A stretch of DNA of 64,000 nt from an uncultured Planctomycetaceae bacterium (GCA_963813715.1 CAWFAK010000012.1:96001-160000), one strand, 5' to 3'; numbered from the stretch's first letter, positions 24,830 to 34,793 are shown. Numbers and translations: made by a program. The notes: generated by a model from the letters alone, not told the origin.

Positions 24830-26020
24830 TCAGTTAGCGATCCGCATCAAATCGCCAATTCGCTGTTCCAATCTCTCCTCATGGAGAAGCTTGGCGACGA
24901 TTATGCCGCGCTCATCGAGGAGGTAGGTGGCCGGTGACGTCATCACGTTCCATTCGCGGGCAATGGGCCCATTTTCGCCGTCAAACAGACAGGGCCAGTT
25001 CATCCCCTTAATGGTGGCCGTCTTTTTCGCTTTTTCCAGCGACTCGTCAGTGCAGACGCTCACCATAGCAAACGGCCGGCCCTTGTACTTTTCGAGCAGG
25101 CGTTGATGGCAGGGAATCTCGTGCATGCAACCGGGACAGCCGGTGAACCAAAATGACACCATCACGACGCGGCCCCGGTTTTGGATGAGGTCGAACGGGT
25201 TTCCCCCCAGGTCAGTGCCGACAAGCTGGGGCGCCGCCGCTCCAATCGTGAGGTGCTCCCACGCATGAAGGCTCTTCTTGGCCTTCTCGCCCAGATTGGC
25301 AACGCCCTCGAAATAGTCCGCGGTCGCCGTGACGGGAATGTCGGCATAATCCCCCAACACTTCGCGAAACAGGCGGATGCTCTCGGCCTTGAACCGCGGC
25401 GCGTTGGCGGGAACCAGGTCCTTTCCCCAATCGGGTGACCGCTGCCGGAAAAGATGGAGCACAAACTCGTCGCGCCTGGCGTAGGGCTGGGCAAGCTCAA
25501 TCCATTCGTAATTCTGGGCAAGTAATTCTGCGAGCGCGGCAATCGCATAGCCCCGTTGCTGACGCGGCAAATCACCGCGTTTTAGCAAACCGCGCAGAAA
25601 CCGTTCCTGTGCCGGTCCGCGACGATCAACCGCCTCGAGGCACATCAAGGGAAGCTCCGGCCGGTGCGTGTGAAAGGCCCCGAGGATTTCCCAGGCCTTT
25701 TGCTCGGCCGCGAAGATCCGCCGGTCCTCGTTGCTCCGCCGCGCGATCACCCATTGGCAGCAACGGTACGCGACCTCGTCGTCGGGCTTTTCTGCGGCTA
25801 ACTGGATGAAGAGTGGAATGTAGCGCAGGCCCGGCCAAACTTCGTAGCGGTGGATCTTCTCTGCCGCCGTGGACTCGTTGGTCGAGGGAATTTTGCGGAA
25901 CTCTTTTGCTTCCGCTTCGTAGTCGCGAAGCAGCGTATCGCACTGGGCGGCCCGGTCTGCCCCCAGCGCCATCGGAGACGTCGCGCACAGCGTTCCCACA
26001 ACAGCAACGAGCCAACGCAT
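24830..26020 (-). CDS. Secreted TlpA/redoxin-domain protein
   Basis: Signal peptide; C-terminal GRVVMVSFWFTGCPGCMHEIP thioredoxin-like domain; AGGAG RBS. Confidence 0.85.
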   Translation of the reverse strand: MRWLVAVVGTLCATSPMALGADRAAQCDTLLRDYEAEAKEFRKIPSTNESTAAEKIHRYEVWPGLRYIPLFIQLAAEKPDDEVAYRCCQWVIARRSNEDRRIFAAEQKAWEILGAFHTHRPELPLMCLEAVDRRGPAQERFLRGLLKRGDLPRQQRGYAIAALAELLAQNYEWIELAQPYARRDEFVLHLFRQRSPDWGKDLVPANAPRFKAESIRLFREVLGDYADIPVTATADYFEGVANLGEKAKKSLHAWEHLTIGAAAPQLVGTDLGGNPFDLIQNRGRVVMVSFWFTGCPGCMHEIPCHQRLLEKYKGRPFAMVSVCTDESLEKAKKTATIKGMNWPCLFDGENGPIAREWNVMTSPATYLLDERGIIVAKLLHEERLEQRIGDLMRIAN

Positions 26021-26651
26021 GGCGTTCTCCTGCGCGTGGAACATCGAATTGAAGTTCTCAGCGGGCTTTTACCATTGGGGGTCCCCGCGGTCCAGCCTTG
26101 CTCAGCCTGCGCGTCGCGCCCAGCAATGCGGCCGGCAACCACAGGTCGAACAGAAAAACTGATCTTGGCCGAATTGCGATTTTATGGCTGAATGAAAAGA
26201 AGCGGTTGCGCGCGAGCGCATCTTTGCGCGCGGTGGACGTCCGTGTGCGTCCTGGCGAAGGACCTGACCGGAGCGGTGCGCGGTGGGACCAGTTTCGACT
26301 CACGGGTGCTCGCAGCAATCGAGGGCAACGAATTCGTCGTTAGTTTCCCAGATCGAACCGCCTGTGCGACGGAAAAACATCAGCGAACGGAAGTTAGGTC
26401 GCGGCGGCCGGTCAGAACACAGGGAGCGGAATACGTATTTGGACGGTGGGTCCAGTTGTCCCGGCGGGTCAACCTGAAGTGGACCCGGCGTGACGGGTCT
26501 CTCACATTTAATATAAGGGGGGCGCGGAAAAGTGGTCCCACCGCGCGGCGACCAGGGTTAGGAAAATTAGTGGTCATTCGTAGTGTGCCGGCGGCCCGTA
26601 TGCGGGGTTGGTCACATCCTATGAACACCGTCACACCGGACGGACGCGAAT

Positions 26652-26683
26652 AAAAAAGTCCCTGGCCGGTTGGGCCAGGGACT
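26652..26683 (-). terminator. Intrinsic terminator of the Cys-rich protein gene
   Basis: 11-bp stem agtccctggcc/ggccagggact followed by a U-run on the minus strand. Confidence 0.8.
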
Positions 26684-26718
26684 CGTGGTAAAAACTCGCG
26701 TTCGCGAAGTTGTATTTC

Positions 26719-27192
26719 TCAGCAGGTGCCGCAGCAGCAGGGCGTGTTGTTGAAGCAGACGTAGCAGCAGCAACCCTGCTCGAGGCAGGTGTGCAGCGTC
26801 GCGCAGCAGGACTGCAGAATCGCAGAGCACGCCTTATCGCCGCTGGTGCAGGTGATCGTGCAGCCGTCCTTCGTGTTTTCACACTTGCAGATGCCGCAGG
26901 TCAGGTTGCACTGGCAGACGCAGAGGCCGTTAAGCGTGCAGCAGCAGGAGCACAGGCCGCCGGCCAGGGCGTCGCACAGGTGGTGCAGCGTGTGGCAGGC
27001 GACGTCGTCCGGGCAGTGGCAGTGAATCTTGAAGCCGCCGGTGCACTTTTCCACCTTCATCGTGCAGCGGGGGACGACGCACCACCCTGCGGCGGGGCCG
27101 CCGGCCGACAGGCCGGCCGGCGAGGGCGAAACGGCCGAAGCACCGGCCGCACCGAAGAACAATCCCCGCTCCAAAACCATCGTACTGGACAT
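26719..27192 (-). CDS. Cysteine-rich protein (31 Cys in 157 aa) with a two-fold internal repeat
   Basis: AAAGGAG RBS, GC-rich third codon positions, own promoter and terminator. Confidence 0.85.
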   Translation of the reverse strand: MSSTMVLERGLFFGAAGASAVSPSPAGLSAGGPAAGWCVVPRCTMKVEKCTGGFKIHCHCPDDVACHTLHHLCDALAGGLCSCCCTLNGLCVCQCNLTCGICKCENTKDGCTITCTSGDKACSAILQSCCATLHTCLEQGCCCYVCFNNTPCCCGTC

Positions 27193-27384
27193 GGACTCGA
27201 CTCCTTTCAAGAGCCGGCCGCACGTGGGCTGCGTCTCTGGGACGCAGCTCGCCAGCCGGCAGGGAACGTCGACGCGCTCCGGCCGACGCTCGGTCGGCAG
27301 CGCCGAGGCCCGACAGTGCCAGCCCCGAAAGCGGGGGCGGCAAAAAACTCCTTTTAGTCACCCCAACGATGGTAGACCGTAGGA

Positions 27385-27413
27385 CTTATAGCTTTTGAAA
27401 CGGCGACTTGCAA
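27385..27413 (-). promoter_or_regulatory. Sigma-70-like promoter of the Cys-rich protein gene
   Basis: TTGCAA-17 nt-TATAAG on the minus strand. Confidence 0.6.
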
Positions 27414-27488
27414 TTGAGTTGGCCGTAACTCTGGCCGCGGCAACGCCAAGACTGCGCCACGACTTGGGCCGCGGACGAATCAATCCTT

Positions 27489-27563
27489 ATGGACTGCTCC
27501 CTCGCGAACGCATGCTCATGTCGCTGTCCCCAGAACATCTCCGGGGCTCTCGCGGCGCGGTAA
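27489..27563 (+). CDS. Putative Cys-rich attenuator leader peptide MDCSLANACSCRCPQNISGALAAR
   Basis: ATG 27489 to TAA 27563; Cys codons at positions 3, 9, 11, 13; overlaps the antiterminator strand. Confidence 0.5.
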   Translation: MDCSLANACSCRCPQNISGALAAR

Positions 27564-27623
27564 CGCTTCGCACTCGACCGCAATGAACATCGAGAGCCCG
27601 GACGCCGTCCGCGGCTCTTTTTT
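27528..27623 (+). promoter_or_regulatory. Candidate transcription attenuator (antiterminator plus intrinsic terminator)
   Basis: gggctctcg (27544-27552) is complementary to cgagagccc (27591-27599), which overlaps the terminator agagcc-cggac-gcc-gtccg-c-ggctct-ttttt. Confidence 0.65.
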
Positions 27624-27695
27624 CGTCTCGACGCGCGGACACGGCCGCTCGCACGATCGGCCGGTCCGCCGCCCTTGGGCCGCAGGAGTCATTCG

Positions 27696-27953
27696 ATGAC
27701 GACCAATCGCATCACCGCCTATCTGTCGGCCGACGCAGACACCACGCTCGCGGAGAACGCCATGCCGCAGAACTCGCCCAGTTTCCACAACCCGCTCGCG
27801 CCGCCGGCCAATTTCGCACCGGTGCCCGAAGCGCTACTGCAGAACGTCTCGCCGCCGCAGCTCGCCTGGCAGCAAGAGCTGTATCGGGCGGCCTACCAGT
27901 CGGCGCTGGCGGCGATCGCGGCCGAAGCAACGCGACGCGCGCAGCGGAACTGA
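27696..27953 (+). CDS. Small hypothetical protein (85 aa, no Cys, WQQELYRAAYQSA helix)
   Basis: AGGAG RBS upstream of ATG 27696; coding-like codon usage. Confidence 0.7.
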   Translation: MTTNRITAYLSADADTTLAENAMPQNSPSFHNPLAPPANFAPVPEALLQNVSPPQLAWQQELYRAAYQSALAAIAAEATRRAQRN

Positions 27954-28015
27954 ACGGAGCTGACGGGTCAGCCATCGCAGTGCGGGGCGCGAATTCAAAC
28001 CGAGTCGAGCCGCGC

Positions 28016-31000
28016 TCAGAACCCGTGCACCAACCACCACACGCTGGCCAGCAGGGCCGCGGCTGCCGCCACGCCTCCCGAGATGATCGCCAGGCGCTTT
28101 TTCGATTTGCCGACGATCGGCGCGGCGGGCGGTTCTCCCACCCGCTCGGTGCCGGAGACTTCGACGGCCGGCGCCAACTCCAGAATCAGCGAGTCTTCCC
28201 GCTCGAACTTGCGGCGGAGATCTTCGATCCGCTGCAACTGCTGGTTGATGGCGTCGACCGACGCTTCCTTGACGGCCCCTTTGTCCGCGGCGGCGTTGGC
28301 GTTCGCGGCGGACTCGATCGCCTTGGGCTTGCGGCTCGCGCGGACAGCGGCGTCGGCCGCCAGCACGTACGACGGATGTTCCCGCGACGCGGTGTCAGCC
28401 AAATCGAAGTATTTCGCCTGGCCCGCGTCGAGTCGCAAGACCATGAACAGGCTCGCGCTGAAGCGGTCCCAGTGCGAGGCGCTGGCTTTCGCGGCGCCCT
28501 CGCCGGCCGTGAGCTTCTGCGGCATCGCATAGATCTCGACAAATGAGCGGTCTTGAGCGGCTGATGCGTTGGGATCGGGTCGCGCGGCCGGCTGACCGGC
28601 GGCCGTTCGAGCGGCCAAGGCCGAAGGTTGCCAGGTGCGGCACTCGCGCGCGATGAACTCGACGCCCGGTCCGCCCAACTGCCGATCGAGCACAGAGAGT
28701 TCGGTCAGGAGGTCGGACAACTTCGACGACGAGGCCGAGCCCGGTTCGACGATCATCCGCAGCCGCGGACCCTCGACCCGCGGTCCGGCATCGGCAGCGG
28801 CCGCGGTTTTTCCAGTCCGCGCTCCTGCGAGTCCCCCCGCCCGGCTGATCAGCGAAAAGACTTCCGCCAGCTCTTCTCGCTCGATTTTGAGCCGCGTCCG
28901 CTCCTCGTGCAGGCGGCCGAGCAGGACCTGCAGGTCGGCGACGGTTTCCTTGGGCGTTTGCGTGAGGCTCCAGGTGTGGAGCGAGTCCTCGCCCGGCTGC
29001 AGCCGCTTCCGCTCGTCGCGGAGCTGCTTGAGCGCCTTGTGGATGTCGGCCTCTTTCTTGGCGACCTGGGCCCGCTCTTCCATGTACGCGACCCGCGACG
29101 CCTCGAACTTTTCATTCTGCTGCCGCAGCTCCGAGCGGGCCGCTTCCAGCTCTTCGCGGGCGATTTTGAGCAGCCGCTGGTCGGCCTCGTATTGGGTCCG
29201 CAGCTCGGCGTATTTCTTCTTGTCGCGCTCGACGTCCTTTGCCTGCTCGCGGGCCTTGGTTCGGTCGTGCTCGAGGTGCTGGCGGGCCGACTCGACGGCC
29301 GCCTTCTGGTCGCGGATGTCGTCGTGCGCCGCCTGCAATTCGTCCCGCTCGGCCTGGATGCGGGCCGACTCCGACTGGACGTGGGCGATCTGGACCTTGA
29401 ACTCGGCCAGCTCTTTGTCGAGTTGCCGCCGCCGCTCGTCAACGTCTCGCCGCAGCTTCTCGGTTTCTGCCCGCTCCTTCGCGGAGGCCGCCTCGCGGGT
29501 CGTCACGCTTTCGACCGCGTGGTCGAGCTGCTTTTGCCGCTCGGTCAGCGACGACTCGCGCGTGTCAAACTCCCGCAGACGGCTTTGCAGTTGCTGCTCG
29601 CGGAGAGCGAAGTCGGCTCGTGTCGCCTCGGCTTTGGCGACTTCGGCCCGGAACTTCTCCACCTCCGTCTTGAGCGTTTCCCGCTCGTCGGCCAGCGACT
29701 GCTCGGCAGTCGACAGCTCGTCGCGACGGGCCCGGAGTTCGTTCTGCTGCGTGCGGAGCTGCTGCTTCTCTTGCTTGAGTTTTTCCGCCGCCTCGCGCAG
29801 GTCGATGGCCGCCCGCTCGGCCTGCTCGGCTTTGACCACGAGCGTCGTCCGCTCTTCGTCGAGCCGCGTCTGCAGGGCACGCAGGTGCCCTTCCCGTTCA
29901 GCCAACTCCTTCGACCGATCGGTCAACTGCTCGGTATCGGCTTGGAGCCTTTCGAGTTGGCCAGCCAGCCGCTCGCGCTCGTCTTCGAGGGCGTCCTTCT
30001 GGCGATCAAGCTCGGCCTGCACGCTCGCGGCCTGCGCCGCCTTTTGGCCGAGCGACTCGCGCTCCTTTTCGATGTTCCCCTTCTCGCCCTGCAGCCGTTC
30101 GATCTCGGCCAGCAATTTTTCGCGTTCGGCGGAGACGCGGGCCCGCTCCTCCTCGATCGATTCCTTTTGCCGCTGCAGGTTGGCCTCGTCCGACTCGCTT
30201 TGGGCGGCCCGATGGCCGAGCGATTCGCGCTCTTTTTCGAGCTGCGCCTTCTCGCTTTGCAGCCGCTCGATCTCCGCCAAGAAGTTCGAGCGTTCTTCGC
30301 CCAGACGGGCCCGTTCGGCCTCGAGCTGCGCCTGCGTTTGCTCCAAGTCCTTTTGCCGCTGCTCCACCCGCGCCGCGGCTTCGGCGGCCGCTTCTGCCGC
30401 CTGGGCATCGTTGATGCCCGCGCGCGGTCGAGGTCGAGTTCGGCGGCTTGGCGGTCCAGATCGGCCTGCTGCGTTTCGAGTTCGCTCTGCTTCGTCTTCA
30501 GCGCCTCGCGATCGGCTTCGAGCGCCTGCCGCTCTTCCTCGAGTTTCGCTTCGAAGGCGCACAGGTCGTCCTGCCGGGCCCGCAACAGCTCGGCCGCCTC
30601 GCGCAGCTTGAACGTGGCTGCCAGGTCGTCGGACGGGGTGACCTGCGGCTTTGCCGGCTCGGCCGTTTTCGCAGGCTCGTCGCCGCCAGCAGCCGCGGGC
30701 TTCGCGGGCTTCTTCTTGGCACCGGCCGCACCCTTACGAAACAGTGCGCCCAGGATGCCGGTCTCTGCCGGGTTTACTTTCTCGCCGATGGCCGGGAACT
30801 TGCCCAGATGCATCCGGTGAAGCATCTCCCAGTCGAGGCGGGCCGCGCGGGGAACATCGTCCCGAATGGCAGCCGCCGCATCGTAAGCGATGGCAGCCGC
30901 GTCGGCGACTTTATCGCCCACGGCGTTGAGATCCTCACCGTCGGCGACCGAGCGTACGGCGGAGGCCGCGTCGATCGCCGCATAGGCCGCGTTGGCAGCG

Positions 31001-31293
31001 TAGGCAGCGGACGAGTTCCCGTTCTCCTCGCCGCTGACCAGGATCATCGCCTTGACGGCGGCTTCCTCGGCCTGGGCGAAGAGGTCGGCGTCGGGCTCTT
31101 CGTCGGCCGCGACTTGTTCGGCGATGCGGATCGCGTTTTCGATCGCCTCGACGCATGCGGCCGACTCGGGATTCGCGGGGTCGGGTGCATATTCGGATTG
31201 CACCCGCCGGGCGCAGCGGGCCGCATAAGCGACCAGCGCTCGCAAAGGAAGTTGTTTGAGATCGGTGGCGGTCTCGACGGCGGGCGAACCCAT
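28016..31293 (-). CDS. Large coiled-coil protein with an Ala-rich N-terminal domain and C-terminal TM anchor (frameshift near 30425)
   Basis: ORFs 29923..31371 and 28016..30562; long E/K/R/Q/L heptads; terminal LAIISGGVAAAAALLASVWWLVHGF. Confidence 0.8.
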
Positions 31294-31563
31294 CCTCATC
31301 CTCGACTTCGGCAAGCAAACGGGAGGCTGCGCACTCCCGGCGCAGCCGATGCGGTTGGCCCGTCCCCGCACGACAAACCTAGCTCACATCCGCCAATTCG
31401 CCCGACCGGCGAGCCAGCCGCGTCCGCGAAATCTGGACGTCGTAACAGTAGGAGCGGCCGGCAGACGCGGCGCCAGCCGTCAGCACCGTTGAAATCGGCA
31501 CAGCTGCGCCGAAGCGTTCGCGAGGCGGCCACTGCACGAGCAAGGCCCACCGGGCGACGCGGG

Positions 31564-32487
31564 CTAGATCTTCTTGTGCTCGAGCAGGCTGCGGGCTTCG
31601 TCGAACTGCTTGCGGAGGCCTTTTTCGACCTTTGGATAATGGAGAGCCAGCTTGTGGATTTCCCGCGTGATGATTTCGGCCACGAGGGCCCGCGTCACCC
31701 ATTTGTGGTCGGCCGGAATGACGTACCACGGGGCCCACGCGGTGCTCGTGCGGCTCAAGCACTCTTCGTACGCGGCCATATAGTCGCCCCAGTAGCGGCG
31801 TTCGTGCACGTCGCCGGGAGCGAACTTCCAAAATTTGTTCGGCTGCGAGAGACGCTTGAGAAACCGCTTGCCTTGCTCCGCTTTGGAGACGTGCAGAAAG
31901 AACTTTACGATCCGTGTGCCGTTGCGGTCGAGGTGCCGCTCGAAATTGTTGATGTCGTCGTAACGGGCCTCCCAGAAATCCTTCTGCGGCTTACCCTTCG
32001 GAATGTGCTGCGACTGCAACAACGCCGGATGCACCTTGACGACGAGCACGTCCTCGTAGTGCGAACGGTTAAAGATGCCGATGCGACCGCGCTCGGGAAG
32101 GGCCTGGGTGCAGCGCCACAAGAACGTGTGCTTGAGCTCCTCTCCCGACGGCGGCTTGAACGAATAGACCTGGCAACCCGTCGGATTCACTCCCGACATC
32201 ACGTGCTTGATCGTGCTGTCCTTGCCGGCCGCGTCCATTGCCTGAAAGACGATGAGCAGCGCTCGAGAGGCATCCGCGTAAAGCAGGTCCTGGGCCCTGG
32301 CGAGCCGGCCGACGTCCTGCGTCAGCAACGATTCGAGCTCTCGCTTGGTCCAGCGATCCCGCAGATCACCGCCGCCCCATTCGGTGTCGAAGTGAGACAG
32401 CCGAACCTTTTGCCCGGGGGTAATTCGGCACCCGTCGATCCGCTGCCGGATCGCCTTTTCGCCGTTGGTTTCTTTCCGTCGCGCCAC
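31564..32487 (-). CDS. ppk2: Polyphosphate kinase 2 family protein
   Basis: FQAMDAAGKDSTIKHV, FNRSHYEDVLVV, APWYVIPADHKW. Confidence 0.93.
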   Translation of the reverse strand: MARRKETNGEKAIRQRIDGCRITPGQKVRLSHFDTEWGGGDLRDRWTKRELESLLTQDVGRLARAQDLLYADASRALLIVFQAMDAAGKDSTIKHVMSGVNPTGCQVYSFKPPSGEELKHTFLWRCTQALPERGRIGIFNRSHYEDVLVVKVHPALLQSQHIPKGKPQKDFWEARYDDINNFERHLDRNGTRIVKFFLHVSKAEQGKRFLKRLSQPNKFWKFAPGDVHERRYWGDYMAAYEECLSRTSTAWAPWYVIPADHKWVTRALVAEIITREIHKLALHYPKVEKGLRKQFDEARSLLEHKKI

Positions 32488-32662
32488 GTCGGCCACCCTC
32501 TCCCGATTCAGCATAACGGACGGCTTGTCCGGGCGGGGGCGGCTCCGCAATCTTCGCGCCCGAGCTCTCCGATGGTATCCTATTAACATTGGCTGATGCG
32601 TTCGCGCCGACCCGCCTGCACACCCGCCCCGCCCTCCATTTTCTCTCACCACGCTCGAACGG

Positions 32663-34111
32663 ATGCATGAAATGACGGCGACCTTTCCAGCCTCAAATAT
32701 GCAGCCCAGCGCGGGTTTGACCGGTCCAACACTGTCGGTCAGCCAGACACCGTCGGTTAGCCGGCGGGGATTTCTGCAGACGGGGGCCGCGGCAACGCTC
32801 GGTCTCAGCCTGCCGTCGCTGTTGCTGCGGGCCGAATCCGCCGGCGCCCGCGTCGCCGCTCGGCCCGGAGAGCCCGGCCGCTCGCCGATCCGCTCGTGCA
32901 TTTTTGTCTACTTCTATGGCGGTCCCAGCCACATCGATAGCTGGGACATGAAGCCGGCGGCCCCGAAGGAGGTCCGCGGGGAATTCTCGCCCATCGCGAC
33001 GTCGGCCCCGGGCATCACGGTCTGCGAGCACCTGCCGCATCTGGCGCGGATGGCCCACAAGTGGTCGATCATCCGCAGCATGCACCACCCGATGACGAAC
33101 CATAACGCGGCCGCCGTCGAGGCGATGTGTGGGCGGACGCCATTGCGGGGCGATCTCGAGCTTTTGGACGACGACGCGCTGAGCTTCCCCAGCTACGGGG
33201 CCGCGGTGAGCTATTTGATGCCCGACTCGCCCCTCGGTCTGCCGCACGTGTCTCTGCCGCACGTGATGTTCAACGTGGTGCAACTGCCGGGGCAAACGGC
33301 CGGATTTCTCGGCCCGTCGTACGAGCGCTTCCAGATCACCGACGACCCGAACGCCGCCCAATTCGACGTGTCGAGCCTCAAGCTGCCGGCCGACGTCTCT
33401 GCCGATCGGCTCAAGACTCGCAATAAACTGATGTCGGTGATCGATCGGCAGGCGGCCAGCCCGCCGACGACCCGCAGCCGCAGATCGGTCGAGGAGTATT
33501 ACGGCAAGGCGTTCGCCCTCTTGCGTTCGGAGGCCGTCCGTCACAGCCTGGATATCGCCAAGGAGCCGGCCCCGCTCCGCGATCGCTATGGCCGCAACAC
33601 GCTGGGGCAGAGCATGCTCTTGGCCCGCCGGCTGGTCGAGTCAGGCGTGCGATTCGTGAACGTGAACGACCGCATTCACAACGGACAGGAGGCCAACTGG
33701 GACAGCCACCAGAGCGTCTTCCCGCGGCATCGCGATCACCTGCTACCGCCGGCCGACCAGGCACTTTCCGCCCTGCTCGAGGATCTCGACGCGCGAGGCT
33801 TGCTGGACAGCACGCTCGTCGTCGCCCAAGGCGAATTCGGACGCAGCCCGCGGATCAACTCGAGCGCCGGCCGCGACCATTGGCCCCATGTCTACTCGGT
33901 GATTCTGGCCGGCGGCGGCATCCAAGGAGGCCGCGTGGTGGGAAGCAGCGACAAAATCGGCGCGTACCCGGCGACCGATCCGGTCTCGCCCGGCGACCTG
34001 GCCGCGACAATCTTCTCGTCGTTCGGGCTCGACCCGCTGCACGAAATCCGCGACATCACAGGCCGCCCCTGGCGACTGGCCGAAGGCCGTCGGCTGGCGG
34101 CTCTCTTCTAA
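32663..34111 (+). CDS. DUF1501 domain protein
   Basis: SRRGFLQ, GGPSHIDSWDMKP, ARRLVESGVRFV, GEFGRSPRIN, GRDHWP. Confidence 0.93.
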   Translation: MHEMTATFPASNMQPSAGLTGPTLSVSQTPSVSRRGFLQTGAAATLGLSLPSLLLRAESAGARVAARPGEPGRSPIRSCIFVYFYGGPSHIDSWDMKPAAPKEVRGEFSPIATSAPGITVCEHLPHLARMAHKWSIIRSMHHPMTNHNAAAVEAMCGRTPLRGDLELLDDDALSFPSYGAAVSYLMPDSPLGLPHVSLPHVMFNVVQLPGQTAGFLGPSYERFQITDDPNAAQFDVSSLKLPADVSADRLKTRNKLMSVIDRQAASPPTTRSRRSVEEYYGKAFALLRSEAVRHSLDIAKEPAPLRDRYGRNTLGQSMLLARRLVESGVRFVNVNDRIHNGQEANWDSHQSVFPRHRDHLLPPADQALSALLEDLDARGLLDSTLVVAQGEFGRSPRINSSAGRDHWPHVYSVILAGGGIQGGRVVGSSDKIGAYPATDPVSPGDLAATIFSSFGLDPLHEIRDITGRPWRLAEGRRLAALF

Positions 34112-34262
34112 ATTGCACCGTCAAATTGCGACGTTAATTGCACCGGGGACAGGGCCGTACGAGCGGGCGTGGCGGCGACTGATCCCCCGCTCGAACCGGC
34201 GCAGCTTGTCCGACCGCGTCGTTTTCTATAGCGTGCGGCGAAACAACTGAGGTCGAACACGC

Positions 34263-34727
34263 ATGCATTTCTCGCTCCCCTGGTTTCGGATCGGCGCCAT
34301 TCTCGGCGGCCTGGCCGTCGCGTTCGGCGCCTTTGCCGCGCACGGCCTAGATCAATACTTTCCGCAGAAGTACGCCGACGCGCCGGCGAAGAAAGTGGCC
34401 GGGCTGGAAGTCCCCGCGTCGTGGAAATATCTGCAGGACTTCAAGACGGGGGCGGAGTACCAGATGTATCACTCGCTGGCATTGCTGGCCGTTGGCTTGG
34501 CGGCCGTTCGCGCGACTCGGCGGCGAGCGCTCGACGTGGCGGGCTGGTGCTTTCTCCTCGGCATCGTGCTTTTCTCCGGCAGCCTCTACGTGCTGACGTT
34601 GACGGGGGACAAGTATTGGGGGGCGGTGACGCCGTTCGGCGGCGTGTTGTTCCTGGTCGGCTGGGCGGCTCTGGTGGCTGCCGGTGTTGACCAGCTCGTC
34701 GCGACGCGGAATGGCGGCGCGGAATAG
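34263..34727 (+). CDS. DUF423 (YgdD/TMEM256-like) membrane protein
   Basis: AFGAFAAHGL, YQMYHSLAL, FSGSLY, AVTPFGG. Confidence 0.9.
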   Translation: MHFSLPWFRIGAILGGLAVAFGAFAAHGLDQYFPQKYADAPAKKVAGLEVPASWKYLQDFKTGAEYQMYHSLALLAVGLAAVRATRRRALDVAGWCFLLGIVLFSGSLYVLTLTGDKYWGAVTPFGGVLFLVGWAALVAAGVDQLVATRNGGAE

Positions 34728-34793
34728 AGAAGAAGCAAGAGAAAGACAAAGACACCGCTTACTGCGTGCGTGGCTCTGGGAGACTTGCCGACG

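Noticed and set aside
28628..32586. Long + strand ORFs (730, 658, 712 aa)
   Set aside because: Antisense shadows of the coiled-coil and ppk2 genes in GC-rich DNA, with no recognisable motifs.
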